Assembly (NCBI GenBank): GCA_951406725.2
Contig: OX597816.1
Span: 68,386,001 to 68,450,000 of the forward strand
Direction of reading: 5' to 3'
DNA from: Octopus vulgaris
Lineage: Eukaryota
DNA: 64,000 nucleotides
The notes below the pieces were generated by a model. That model was given only the letters and a program-made list of their open reading frames with translations. It had not been told where the DNA came from and did not search any database. The position numbers and the translations under genes were made by a program. Positions 40,111 through 53,155 of this stretch are shown piece by piece; position 1 is the first letter of the stretch; each line of letters begins with the position of its first letter.

Positions 40111-41844
40111 GAAATGAATATGTAGGGAGAATTACAATTTAAAACAGTTACTACCCATACACAAAATACATCACTTCTTGCTAACCTGCTACTGGCATAA
40201 AAGCTAACTTGAGATCTACTATATAGCTGCTACTCTTAATAGATGTAGAAGTTATATATCCCCTTCAACCTCACTTCAATTTTCTTTAGAAAGGAAGCAT
40301 ATGTCTGAAAAAGAAAAGATAGGTGGCTATGGCTAAAGTATCTTTGATCGTAGATTTTGCTAACCAAGGCTGTTAAAGACATCACCAACAATGTCAACAA
40401 CAGCTATCATTATACTACACGAAACTGACGTATTCAGTGGATACACAATTGTTTGGTAAATAAAGTAGGATAAACGGTAAAAACAACGGCATGTTGATCA
40501 TGTTTTTACCAATTCAAATATCTGTGTAAATAACGAGTTTTTCACCAAATCTTTAACAAGGAACTTCACTGAACATGTTTACCTCACCTACGCATAAGCT
40601 CTACCAAATTCGATAGCGAATTCAGTAGAATCCTTTCATGTTGTCTCAGTTTTTGCTTTATCAAAGAATGTTAGCTAGTTCCTAATAGTTTTTTTACAAA
40701 CAATATTTAATACAACTGTACTGACTAGATGTACTGTTATAGTTAGGGGTAAATTGTTTAATATACTGTGTGATATTAGTACCTGTGTAGATTTTATCAT
40801 CACCTTGTGTACACTATATTAGTATGTATAATAATGTAAATTCAAATACTTTTCCGATTAGCATTTGCCTTTCATGATCCCGGGCCGTATGTTTCGGTAT
40901 TACTCATAAAGGAATAATAGATGAAACTGATTACCACATCGAGGGTGTGCCAATCCATGGCGATAGATTGGTGGCAGTACTTTGCAGCATCTGCTCCGGC
41001 TTTTTGAGGTTTGACAGCAATGTCTCGTTTTTCCAGACACTAAGGTAGAATTCTTAAAGATTTTATTGCTAGTAACGGGAAATTTAATAAACATTCATTG
41101 CTTCCTAAATATCTGGATTTCGCCATCACAACATGTGATGCTCACTTGATTCGAGTTTTACTGTAATTAATGCTAATACTCGTAATACCCATATAAAGAT
41201 CTGTCAAGCACTGATACCTAAAGAAGCACCATTATAAATAATACTTTCTTATTTTTGGCAAAAAGCCTGCGATTCTGATGGGGTATCAAGAAGAATCTGC
41301 AGGAATTCATTTTATCGATCACAATAGCAAAGTAAACTTGATTACGGCGGAATTTGAACTCAAAATGTAAAAATCCGGAAGAAATAGCCCTAAGCATTTT
41401 GTCCGGAGAGGTACGAGCCTGCTCGCTCGACATCTTTAATAATAATAGTTTCAGATTTTGTCACAAGGTCGGCAATTTTAAAGAAAAACAGCTAGTCCAT
41501 TACATTGATCAGTGTTGAATTTGTATTTAATTTAGCGACCCCAAAAGGAGAGAAGGCAAAGACGAATTTAATTAACACCCATTAGTAATGATAGCCAAAA
41601 CGCATAATTTTGTGGCAAAATTGCAATTTTTAAAGAGAAAATAAAGGTTTATATCAGTGGTTATCATTTAGCCATATATAATTACACGTAAGCATGCGGT
41701 TAAGAAATGCGCTTCGTAGTTCTAGGTTTTATCCCAAAACATAGAAGATGGGTCATCTTCTCAAATATATTCTGGCGTTGGCAAATACTTTATGAATAAT
41801 ATTTGGTAGAAAAAATTCTATAGAAGCGTGTATTATAAATGGTA

Positions 41845-42690
41845 AGATGAATATATTGTCGTCTAAATTAAGCAAAAAATGAAAATAACAGACATATCAT
41901 TTTAACATATATTTATCAAAATTACATAAAAATATCTTGAAATACTAAAGAGTAAATTTAGTTAATAAAATCGCCATTGGTTTCAACCACGGCCTCCAGA
42001 CGACTTCAGAATCTCCTACAAATCTTCTGGACTGTCTCCTTGTTTAAGTTGGTGAATGCTGCCATAATCCTCGCCTTCAATTCATCTTTCTTGTTACAAC
42101 TGCGCCCCACACATAATAATCAAATCAAGGGGGTTGCAATCTGGGGAATTAGGTTGACAGATGTTAGGGTTGATGTGTTTGCAACAATTGTCTGACAGTC
42201 CTGACTGGGTTCTGCTGCTTGTGTGGCATGATGCAAAGTCCTGTTGTTTCAGCAGCCACCCTCTTGACCCAGGGCAGCACTACCTCCTCCAGGCACTTGA
42301 TATAGGCCTCCGTGTTGAGTGTGAGGTCGTGTGGGAAGCTGAACGGGGGCATAACATCGCCATCACTAGTGATCACGCCAACCACCATGATGTTGACTGG
42401 ATATTTGATTTTTATCACTCTCGGTACATGTCCTCAGATTGCACTGTCCTCAGATTCACACCCAGACATTCTGAAATGTTCGTATTGGAGCTTCTGGTGC
42501 GAATGCCAAGCAGTATAGCATGTCATTTCCAAATTTCTGACAGAGTGACTTGCGTCATGGTGCTGTTTTTCTCACAGACGGTGCCCAATTGAGCCTACTA
42601 TATTGAGTAGTTGACAAAAAAAAATGATAATGCGTGTGCGTGAAATTAAAAATATAACATAGCGATTATTTACCTATCGCATCCCGGATA
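41845..42690 (-). mobile_element. Tc1/mariner-superfamily transposon, deleted (maT/DD37D-like tentative)
   Basis: IMVVGVITSDG..MPPF...Y...LEEVVLPW, QQDFASCHTS, PNSPDCNPLD, RLEAVVETNG. Confidence 0.85.
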
Positions 42691-42919
42691 CACATACATT
42701 CACAGCCAACGAAACAGGCTCTGAGTGTGTAATATATCCTCCTTAAAAACATTTTGACATAATGGAAATGCTGCGAAAATTATAGTTTAAAATCACATCG
42801 TAGAATTAGCTTTCTCTGATACCGTTCAGCGCATGATTACTATATATTCTATCCGTACAATGTTATACATTAAAAAAAAAACTGTATTACACAGACGCAT
42901 TAACACACACATACATATA

Positions 42920-43252
42920 GCTTTTATCTTTTCATTTGCTTATTTCAGCACTTACTTTTTTTTCTAAGCCCAGTTCTTATCCTATCGGTCTCTTTGCCGA
43001 ACCGGTACGTTACGGGGACATAAAACACAAACATCGGTCATCAAGCGGTGTGGGGGAGAAACGCATACACATACACATACATACATATGTATACACACAT
43101 ATACGACGTGCTTCTTTCAGTTTCCACCTAGCGAATCAGCTCACAAGGCTATAGGACAAGACAATTAACTAATGTAACACACAGTGGGACTGAACCCTGA
43201 ACCATGTGGTTGGGAAGCTAAATTCTTACTACACAACTATTCCTGTGCCTAT
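42920..43252 (-). mobile_element. SINE B, diverged
   Basis: tatcggtctctttgccgaacc...cagtgggactgaaccc.gaaccatgtggttgggaagc. Confidence 0.8.
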
Positions 43253-43632
43253 GCAGTCAGAGAACAAAAAATAAAGGAAAAACGAGAAATATCAAAACAA
43301 AACAGATAGGAAAATGGAGGAAGGAAATTATAAACGTGTTTCAAGTACAAACATATTTCAAATATATATATATCACTGTGTTTACCTAGATATATGTGTG
43401 TGTGCTCTTGTCTATGTCTGTGTGTGTGTGTGTGTGTGTGTGTAATTTTCTTTAATATATACGGATGAAAGTTAAAATCAGTGGTTGGAAAAATGTAATA
43501 CAGGTGCATTTTCCGTATAACCTATTGGGATATTTTCCCCCACCAATGTGATTCTTGACATCAAAGATGTTACAAACTACTGACTGATTCGCCAGAAGTA
43601 TATTACCGATGTATATTATGCATCATAACTGG

Positions 43633-43678
<46 letters not shown>

Positions 43679-43806
43679 GTATGTATGTATGTATGTATGT
43701 ATGTATGTATGTATGTATGTATGTATGTATGTGTGTATGTATGTATGTATGTATGCATGTATGTATGTGTGTCTATGAGTGTAGAATATAAGTATATCTG
43801 AGTCAA

Positions 43807-44014
43807 CGAGCTGGCAGAAACGTTAGCACGCCGGGTGAGATGCTTGGCGGTATTTCGTCTGTCAATACGTTCTGAGTTCAAATTCCGCCGAGGTCGACTT
43901 TGCCTTTCATCATTTTGGGGTCGAAAAATTAAATACCAGTTACATACTGCGGACGATCTAATCAACTGGCTCCTTCCCCAAAAATTTTCGGGCGTTGTGC
44001 CTAAAGTAGAAAAG
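43807..44014 (+). mobile_element. SINE A, tail type 2
   Basis: Full head and core; tail cgggcgttgtgcctaaagtagaaaag; atataagtatatct occurs near both ends. Confidence 0.9.
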
Positions 44015-45452
44015 TATATAAGTATATCTATATCTATCTACATTCATTTATATCCTAGAAATACTTATCCCGGCCCTGTAAGGCCTCTACCATTGTTCTG
44101 CTCACATATGTAATTAAGAAATATTGATTTCTAATAATGACACAATGTCACAATGTCACAAACTTGTAGAGGGTGATTGGAATACTTATGATTAATACTA
44201 TTTTTGTATATCGCTGGTAGCTATTTTGGGTACCAGAATGGGAAAAAAAGCAAGCAAGAAAATGATTTGAATTTGAATGTAAACTAAAGTAACTGGATAT
44301 CGAAGAGCACATTGCTCTTTATTTCTTCATTTCTCATTGCTCATTCTGCCACTCTCTCAAGCCTATTTCTTACGTAATTTTAAAACTACTGAAGTTAACG
44401 AGAATGAACTTTTAAATTTCAAAATCCACTCACTAGAATTCGAATTTAGCATAATATACGCAGCAACATTTCATTTCGCTTTGCAGAAGCCAGAAAAATG
44501 AGCTGGAAATATTGATTTCTTAATTAGGTAATTAAAGCTGAAGCCTTAGAGAGGTGGAGTTAAGTGTCTCGATCAGTAAAACATAAAACGCCCACAGCTA
44601 TACATGAACTTGTAACCTCTGAAAGACAACGGGCATTACGTTTACAATCAATCATTATGTTTGAAGAATCTTCATTAATTTAAACACCCATTAACTTTTG
44701 CTGTCGATAACATAATGTATCTAAGGAGTGGTGGGATGGCAAGAGACAATAGATTGATAGAATTCTTAGAGCGGCCAACAATGAGCGTACAGCATTTCGT
44801 TACGCCCATTACATTCCGGGTTCATATCCCGCTGATCTCCACTATTCTTTCATCCAAGTGGAATCGACAGAATAAGTAATGGTTAAATACATCAGTAAAT
44901 TTGAGCGAATACATCCATGTTTTAAATCGGAAACCCTCTGTCTATATCATAATTTGATAAGTTAATACATTTCATGTTCCTTGGCTTCTGTGTTACTGCT
45001 AGGAGGAGAGACTTTCTAAGCACAAGATTTCATATAAATTTCAGCACATCTGACATTTAAGTATTTAAAAACCAGCAAACCCACCCTCCTTCGGGTAATG
45101 CATAGAGAGCATTCTACTCGATGGATGCAAAACCTGAGCTATGAAGGAGTTTCATGATCACTTTAGTTGTACATAGACCAGGTTTTCCATGAAGGCCCAA
45201 AGTATTTCATTGCAGGAGTAAAGGAACAATGACATCTTACCCTTTTTTTTTAATGTTTCTCAGTTGGGAGTAGCGATGTACTTTAGTGGCCACGAGAAAG
45301 CGAACGTAGGAACGTTTGAATTAGGTAAGATTTTTTCTGAGCAAATCATTGTGGCCAAACAGTAATATATCACAGTAGTGTCCATTTCTACACAAACATT
45401 TCCTGAGAAACTTCTCTTCCACAAACATTACTATTATGTTGTTGTTGTTGTT

Positions 45453-45652
45453 AAGGCGGTGAGCTGGCAGAATCATTAAGTACGCTGGACGAAATGCTTA
45501 GTGGTATATCACCCGTCTCTTACATTCTGTGTTCAAATTCCGCCGAGGACTACTTTACCTTTCATCTTTTCGGGGTCGATAAAATAAGTACCAGTGAAAC
45601 ACTGGGATCGATATAATCGATTAGCTCCATTCCTCAAAATTTCAGTAGAAAG
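45453..45652 (+). mobile_element. SINE A
   Basis: ggcggtgagctggcagaatc...ggggtcgataaaataagtaccag. Confidence 0.85.
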
Positions 45653-45679
45653 ACTTATTATTATTATCATTATTATCTT

Positions 45680-45916
45680 TGTTGTCCTCGGGCGCTCACA
45701 GCTCTTTACCAGTCGAGCAATGGGATCGGTGGATGATTCGCTTTAGAATTTTTATAGAGGATTAGTGGTGAGGAAGTGCGACGACTTTCTCGCGGAGATT
45801 CTGGGCGCCGACAAGAACGAACTTTAATAATTATGTCTGGTCGATTATCCTGGATCGTTCTATCGGTGAAAATCTCAGATAATATTGGCATTTTTACCTT
45901 CAACGACTGGACCAGA
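45680..45916 (-). mobile_element. R4/Dong-like REL-endonuclease fragment
   Basis: IFTDRTIQDNRPDIIIK (RPD motif); flanked by (TTA)-type repeats. Confidence 0.6.
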
Positions 45917-46786
45917 GTTATTATTGTTATTATCCTCCTCCTCCTCTTCCTCCTCCTCCTCCTCCTCCTCCTCCTCCTCCTCCTCCTCCTCATTATTATT
46001 ATTTTACTTGGTGCACCTACTCTGGTTGTCCACCGGTTTCACAAAAGTTTCTCTTTGGAGCACATAACCAAACTTTTAATAGTATTTTCGAAACAATGAG
46101 AAATTAAAAAAAAACACCCTTTAAAAACATTTAAATCATTCTGAAAGAATCTTCATGTTTTACGCTTCTTGTAATAGTATTGGTAGTTATATCGGCGACA
46201 AAAAAAATTGACAATAACAAGAATAGCAAAAGCAACGAAAACGACACCGACTAGAACAAATAATAAAACGAAACAGGCTATTAACCCAATCAATCGTTGA
46301 GGCTATTATTTCTTCTTACCGATTCTGCTAGATTTATTGCACAAGAGGGATTCAAATGATAAAGCAACAGACGCTGCATAAAACGCATTTCATTCTAACC
46401 AGAATTGTAAATCCGTCTAAATTCAAAGCTTCAAATGGAAATCATACTGATGACACCTTCTGTGTTTTTTTTTTATACAAAAATAAAAAAGCGGATATAT
46501 CTTTTACGGTTTTTTCGATGAGTACACTGACTAGAAAATCAGCGTAGGATGTAGTCTACTTGAAATTTATTATCGGATTAATTCAATTCCCCGATGAAAT
46601 ATAAAATATGTAAATTCGATTTAACGTATAATTACCCCGAGTGGTATTGATTTTAAAATTATCATCTACAATATTGGTTGCAGACACACAATTACTTACA
46701 ATAATTGACTGGGTGAAAACTTCTTTCCCTGGGTTGCTACTATAAAATGACGTGAAGTGGCATTGATATGACCAAAGAATTGCCTG

Positions 46787-46840
<54 letters not shown>

Positions 46841-46899
46841 CATATATATATATATGAATGTATGTATGTATATATGTATGTATGTATACATATACATAC

Positions 46900-47101
46900 A
46901 TCGCCTTGATAGATCGTTAGCCACAACACACATTTTTTATCTCTCCTTGTTTCTCTCCTTGCTTTTTCTGTGTTCCTTTCTGTAGAAGAGCGTAGGCTCG
47001 AAACGTAAAAGACTTTTTCTATTCCTGAGCGTTATACTAATACATATGTTTGCTTTGTACACCACCTGTCTTCGTCTTTTGTTTTTTTTTTCATAAACTC
47101 T

Positions 47102-47104
<3 letters not shown>
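46900..47104 (+). mobile_element. Short PLE-pLTR-like element with mini hammerhead (HHR 46976-47011, core CUGUAGA)
   Basis: cttt-CTGTAGA-a-gagc-gtag-gctc-GAAA-cg-TA-aaag; ends ctctccc(TA)n like 34995. Confidence 0.8.
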
Positions 47105-47157
<53 letters not shown>

Positions 47158-47325
47158 ATGTATACATGATTCTACAGTGAATATATTGAATCTTAAATTG
47201 CCTACATGTACCGACCAACCTACGCGCAAAGGATTTGTTTATATTGATCAAATGTACTGTACATTAAGTTACCCTTCTCCATCATATCGTTGGTGTCTGG
47301 AGAATGCACGGTGAACTCCGTGAGA

Positions 47326-47430
47326 TGAAATGTTTGGCCCAGGAACACAACTGACTATCTGGTCCAGGCACTGAAACCTTGATCTCGCGATCATGATTGC
47401 TACACTCTAATCACTAGGCCACGAGACCTG
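47326..47430 (-). mobile_element. tRNA-derived SINE head, diverged
   Basis: Minus: gtggcctagtgattagagtg...ggtttcagtgcc...tgtgttcctgggccaaac. Confidence 0.55.
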
Positions 47431-47546
47431 GATATTTATATATATATATATACATACATACACGCGCACACACATACATACACACTCATACAGTGTGTTG
47501 TTCCGTAATGGTAAGATGAACCAAAAAAGCACTCCATAAATAAAGA

Positions 47547-47750
47547 GATAAATATTGTTAAAAATCACAATATATGATTTTTTTGGCTATATGATTTTCA
47601 TGTGCTGAGAGCTTTTCAGGCAGTGTTTTTAACACATCAGCGGCGCTAGTACTTGAAGATTGTGTTAAAAAATGCTGTCTGGCATGCTCTCACCACATGA
47701 AACTAATATCAGCACAAAAAAACATATATTGTGTTTGTTAAACAATTTTC
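47547..47750. repeat. Fold-back element (~85-bp imperfect arms)
   Basis: cacaatatatg...tttcatgtgctgagagc...ttaacaca pairs with tgtgttaa...gctctcaccacatgaaa...catatattgtg. Confidence 0.8.
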
Positions 47751-48589
47751 CCCTCTATAAATTTAGGGACAATGCAACCTGCAATTAACGATTTAGCAAA
47801 GAATCATATTTCATTGCAAAATATAAACCCTCTTTTGAATGCTTCTACCACGGATGACACTACTACAGGGATCTTAGATTAATACCAAACAGAAATATTG
47901 AAAACAATAGATATATTTGGAACAGTCGCTACCCACGAATTTATTTAGAACAATCCCTGCTACTACTGCTACTACAACCACTGTGAGGACACTTGACCAT
48001 TAAAGCAGATTCCACGGACAACCTTTACTACAGGACAATACCGCTCTTCTTCTTCTTCTTCTTCTTCTTCTTCTTCTTCTTCTTCTTCTTCTTCTTCTTC
48101 TTCTTTCCCTCTATCTTCTTCGCCTTCACTTTCTTCGGCCGCTGATGCTTCAACCATTAAACTGCAGAATCAAATATATCTTTGCAACCACAAACACAAT
48201 TTTTCAGATCTGCTACTATCTACCTTATGAACTTTCACAAAGGAAGAAAGAGAGAGAGAGTGAGAGAGAGAGAGAGAGACAGAGAGAGGGAGAGAGAGAC
48301 AGAGGCAGACAGATAGAAAAAAAGGAAACTGTCCTACCTATTTGGAAATATTTACAAAATATTTCATTTAATTTCTTCTTCAATTTAAATGTTTTTTCTT
48401 CCAAAATAATATCCATCTTTGTTTTACTCTTAGTTGAAAAAGTCGAAATGACAGAAACCGGTACTAATCATTACAAAATGTATTTCATGATAAAATTATT
48501 TTAGGCATTTTCTAACTTGTCATATTTTCCTTATAATTATATATAGCTTACAACAGTGAACGATAGTGTTAAGTATTGGATTAAATGAA

Positions 48590-48795
48590 GCTTGGAGGCT
48601 TCCCATGGTACTCCAGCTAACATCTTCTGTAAGCACTACAGATGTTCTACCATTGTACCAAATCATCCCTACCAATTTCTCCATCTGTTTAAGAGCGTTG
48701 TTCTTACCTGCGAGAATAGTATATTTTATATTTCTCTTCCTACGAATTCCCTAAGCTCTCATGACATAAACAGCATACCATTATTGCTGGTATGA
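48590..48795 (-). pseudogene. Possible LTR-retrotransposon integrase remnant
   Basis: SNNGMLFMS*ELREF then, after a frameshift, QMEKLVGMIW; resembles SDxG..FMS.EL..F...QxERxNGxIW; very degraded. Confidence 0.3.
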
Positions 48796-49038
48796 ACAAA
48801 GCTTCTAAAGCGGATGGAGGAATGGGAAAGATTGCTTTGGTACAGTGGCAAGGCATCTGTTATGCATGCTGCAGATGAAGGTTCGAGTCTTTTTGAGCAG
48901 TGTTTGACTTTTCTCAATTTAAGGTTCTTTTTAAACCGAATATTTACACGCTGTTACGCATAGTCTTATTTAGTCACATCCCATCGTTAACACTTATTTA
49001 TTTCACGTTTACATACATACATACATACATACAAGCAT

Positions 49039-49134
<96 letters not shown>

Positions 49135-49142
49135 TTTAGGTT

Positions 49143-49402
49143 TTATCTTTTACATTTTTCAGTCATTAGACTGCGGCCATGCTGGGGTACCACCTTGAAG
49201 AATTTGTAGTCAAATGCATGGATATATAGTATATTTATACATCGGGCTTCTTTCAGTTTCCGCCTACTAAATGCACTCACAAGACTTTGATCGGACCGAG
49301 GCTGTAGTAGAAGACACTTGCGCAAGATAAGATGCAGCAGGACTGAACCAAAATATATGTGGCTGGGAAGCAAGATACTTACCACACAGACACGCATGCG
49401 CT
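49143..49402 (-). mobile_element. SINE B with internal deletion
   Basis: cagtcattagactgcggccatgctgg...gtagaagacacttgcgcaag...tgtggctgggaagcaag. Confidence 0.8.
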
Positions 49403-49647
49403 TATACACACACACAAATAAAACCATAGTGGAAACCGTGTCTGTACATAAGGAAGAGTGTTGATAATAATAACAGTAGCATCCAAAACGCTAGTCTCCA
49501 CACACATACATATAGATGGTGCGTGTGTGAAATGAGTAGTTGTAAATATATATGAATACATTATATTATCAGTAACAACAACAACAATTTGAATAATAAT
49601 TGTTATTGTTATTGTCGTTATTATTATTATTACTGTTATTATTATTA

Positions 49648-49712
<65 letters not shown>

Positions 49713-50164
49713 ATATATCTTCAGGAAAGTTAATGATAACATTTCAATTTTTGAGACTCCAGAAAACAAAGGAGAGAAAGAAATATGATTAGTTTTTGTT
49801 TTATTATTAAATTTAAGAAACGAAATGAAAATGTATTATAATTTTTGCCGTTGTTTACTGAAAATATAGAAAAATAAAGCAAGCAACAAAGTGAGACTTA
49901 TTACTAGTTCACTGTTATGTGTGTGATTGTATAATGAGATTCAATAGTTGAGGGAATAAAATGATAGACTGTGTCACGTCTATTTTACTGACACATATAC
50001 GAACATTACCGAATGCTATTTTGTCTTGGCATGGTCTAAAGAAGAACCTTTTGCCACATCAGTGTCGTATTACAGATATATGGCGCATATAGTTACCGTG
50101 CGCAACCGTCCACGAGCATTTGAGGAAACTAATATAAATAGTTATTGGAAAACAAAAAATCCTA

Positions 50165-50843
50165 ATATCAGGCTACAACAAGTAATCTTCTATGCCAAGA
50201 ACCCTCCTAAGTATTCTAGCTGTCCCTAATAACATTGTTTCCTGGAGCTGTACTAAACTGGGTTTTATGCCTGTTTCCTCTGTCTATCTCTTCAGATCTT
50301 TAGGGATAGTTCTCAATGCACCTATAACTACTGGGATACAGTTTACCCGTACTTTCCAAAGTCTCTGTAATTCAATGAGTAGGTCCTCGTATTTCGCTAG
50401 TTTTTCTATATCTCTCATATTGATTTTTTTTTCATTTGGGACTGTAAACACAATTATCTGGCATTTTCTATTTTCTTTATCTACTACCACTAAATCACGC
50501 CTTCTAGCTTCTATTACTCTGTCTGTCTGGATGTTAAAGTCCAACAACATCTTGTATTTCTTAATTTCTAGTACTTTACTAGGTTGAACCATTTATACCA
50601 TTTATACCATTTATCAGTATGTTAAAATCCTAGCTTTCCAAATAAATCGTAGTGGATTACTCTCCCTAGGTTGTCGTGTCTTTTTCCTATTATTTCTGTG
50701 CCAGCGTGTTCCATTCACTTACTATGAGTAACGCTTTCCTCTTTTTATTTACATAACCTATATTGGGAATCTACTTGGTTTTTGTGTATCTTGGCTTATA
50801 ACCAATTCGTCCTTAATGCCTGATGTTGTGCAGCCACTAGCAA

Positions 50844-50846
<3 letters not shown>
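50165..50846 (-). mobile_element. R4/Dong-clade non-LTR retrotransposon 3' fragment
   Basis: AAQHQALRTN, RHDNLG, LLDFNIQTDRVIEARRRDLVVVDK...EKLAKYEDL..ELQRLW...PVVIGAL, LLGTARILRRVL. Confidence 0.9.
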
Positions 50847-50907
<61 letters not shown>

Positions 50908-50939
50908 GTGCATGCTTATTTAGTGAGCTGGTATTTTAT

Positions 50940-51541
50940 TTTGAAGAATTTTTCTAAGGATTCTTGCAGAATATAAAATGGTAGTTTACTAGTCGACAAG
51001 GCAAGTTTCGTTTTCAATTTCTTTATTTTTTTAGGCAGCGTTTTGAGTGTTGTGCCAAGTGCATCTATTAATAAATAATAGAAATTAATCTATTAATAAC
51101 TAATAGAAATAATTGCTGTCTTGGTCTTCCACAGTCTCCTGAGCTCTCTGGGCAGATACTGAGATTTCTCAATATTTACCATTTCTTTATTATCGACTCT
51201 GTTATCATAGGCAATTGAAAAACTTATCATCTTGCACTGTTTGTTTACTCTGCCCTCTATGATCATGTCTGGTCTTCTTTCCTCAGTAGTACGGTCAGTC
51301 TTTATGGCGAAGACATAATTTTCATTTTCTATCACAACCCCTTGTTTCTACTGATACCACTTTTCTATTGCTTTGAAGCCACATTCGTGACTAACATCGC
51401 AATGCCCTCATTTACACGCACAGTCTTGTCTGTACTCCTTTTTTTAGTACTTGTACTCACTCAAAATGTGATACTCTCATCTCTTTTCCTGCAAATTCTA
51501 CATTTGCTGTCTAAGTTTTGTAGATCTCCTTTATCAAATTT
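50940..51541 (-). mobile_element. Second R4/Dong-like 3' fragment, more diverged
   Basis: DSKCRICRKRDESI, KTDR..EERRPDMII...ELRRLWK, DALGT. Confidence 0.8.
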
Positions 51542-51550
51542 ACTATATAC

Positions 51551-51638
<88 letters not shown>

Positions 51639-52019
51639 GTATATATATATTTACAAAACATATTTGCATGAAGTACGAAAGATACAGAAAACTAAGAGCT
51701 GAAGATAACGTATAGCAGGTCCGACTGCTGTTCCTAGTGGGTCGGAATTACGAAACAATTATAATGTTAGCATATGGAGTGTGCAAAATGATAAAAGAAT
51801 ATGCAATGTGTAGTGCATGCTTATAAACACCCTCATACTCACGCGCGCATGAGCAATCGCACGCACACACACACATACAAGCACATACGCACACGCACTT
51901 ACACACACATGTATATATATATATACATACATACATATATATATATGTATATATACATACATATATATATTGCCTCGAATGGACTGGAGTATTTCTATTT
52001 TGGATGTATTTGCCACATG

Positions 52020-52072
52020 TATCACTGACGAAGAGAGGGCTCTTAGGAGCTAACTCTGAAATCGGTCTGATA
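52020..52072 (+). ncRNA. Type-I hammerhead motif, intact core, GUC site
   Basis: tatca-CTGACGA-agag-agg-gctc-ttag-gagc-taa-ctct-GAAA-tcgg-TC-tgata. Confidence 0.8.
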
Positions 52073-52522
52073 TGGTAATAATGGAATTTTTTAGAAATTT
52101 CTGTCGACCTTTTTTCGAGTAGCGTGCGTATTGTGAAAAAATTATATGGTTAATGGACAATATGTCCAATTTTTCGGCATATTTGGCATTAGAATTTTTT
52201 TCCTTTGCCCTCATTTATGAATTGTTTATAAATTTAACCGTTAAAGGTATTTTTTAATATGCTGGCCATTGATAAAATTTTTTTCGAGAAAATATTTTTT
52301 TTTGAAAAGAATTTTATCCTCACATTTGATATAAATTTAAGCGTTAACTTCCGAACTAACTAACTCACTCTGTGAGAGCCTCAGTTCAAATCGCACGTGA
52401 CTCGAATGGGCTGGAGTATTTCTATTTTGGATGTATTTGGGGTACTTAGTTGTGCCCATGACTTAGTGTTTGCTTCTTCCATGGGTATGTTTAAGTATCT
52501 CATTTATTTCTTTTGCCACATG

Positions 52523-52575
52523 TATCACTGACGAAGAGAGGGCTCTTAGGAGCTAACTCTGAAATCGGTCCGATA
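52523..52575 (+). ncRNA. Second hammerhead copy
   Basis: Identical except that the 3' strand of stem I is cgata. Confidence 0.75.
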
Positions 52576-52721
52576 TGGTAATAATGGAATTTTTTAGAAA
52601 TTTCTGCCGACCTTTTTTCGAGTAGCGTGTGTATTGTGAAAAGATTATATGGTTAATGGACAATATGTCCAATTTTTCGGCATATTTGGCATTAGAATTG
52701 TTTCCTTTGCCCTCATTTATG

Positions 52722-52810
<89 letters not shown>

Positions 52811-53065
52811 TATGTGTGTATGTATGTATATTAGTGATTGTAGATAAATACTACGAGTAAGCATTCCTTTTTATTTACGAAATCTTCTGTTCCCTCCAAT
52901 AATACTTCATTTACTAACGCTAAATTATTCGATTCAACTTCGCTGACTACTTGTACAACACACTTTATATCAAACCTTTTCCTCGTTTTAGAAATTGAGT
53001 TTCAAACCTAGTTCTGTCACTCCGAAACAGTAATTTCTGCACCCCTCTCCTTGAGCTCATTCGAT

Positions 53066-53155
53066 AGGCCATCGATACAAGTATCGCCTTTGATATTATA
53101 CTTATGTTGAAGGCCATCGATACAAGTATCGCCTTTGATCTTATACTTATGCTGA
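53066..53155. repeat. 45-bp tandem duplication
   Basis: aggccatcgatacaagtatcgcctttgat.ttatacttatg.tga twice. Confidence 0.9.

Larger units (their letters stand above)
51971..52726 (+). mobile_element. Partial tandem (503-bp period) with two hammerheads, PLE-pLTR/retrozyme-like
   Basis: 52012-52225 repeats at 52515-52726 and 51974-52011 repeats at ~52401-52439; (TA)n on both sides. Confidence 0.85.

Noticed and set aside
47972-48157. Poly-Glu ORF (also the poly-Asp/Gly ORF at 56925-57134)
   Set aside because: Driven by (CTT)n and (CAT)n tracts; no splice or domain support.
52440-52515. Spliced-out PLE intron explaining the deletion in the first repeat
   Set aside because: No GT-AG boundaries on either strand; tttg microhomology explains it.
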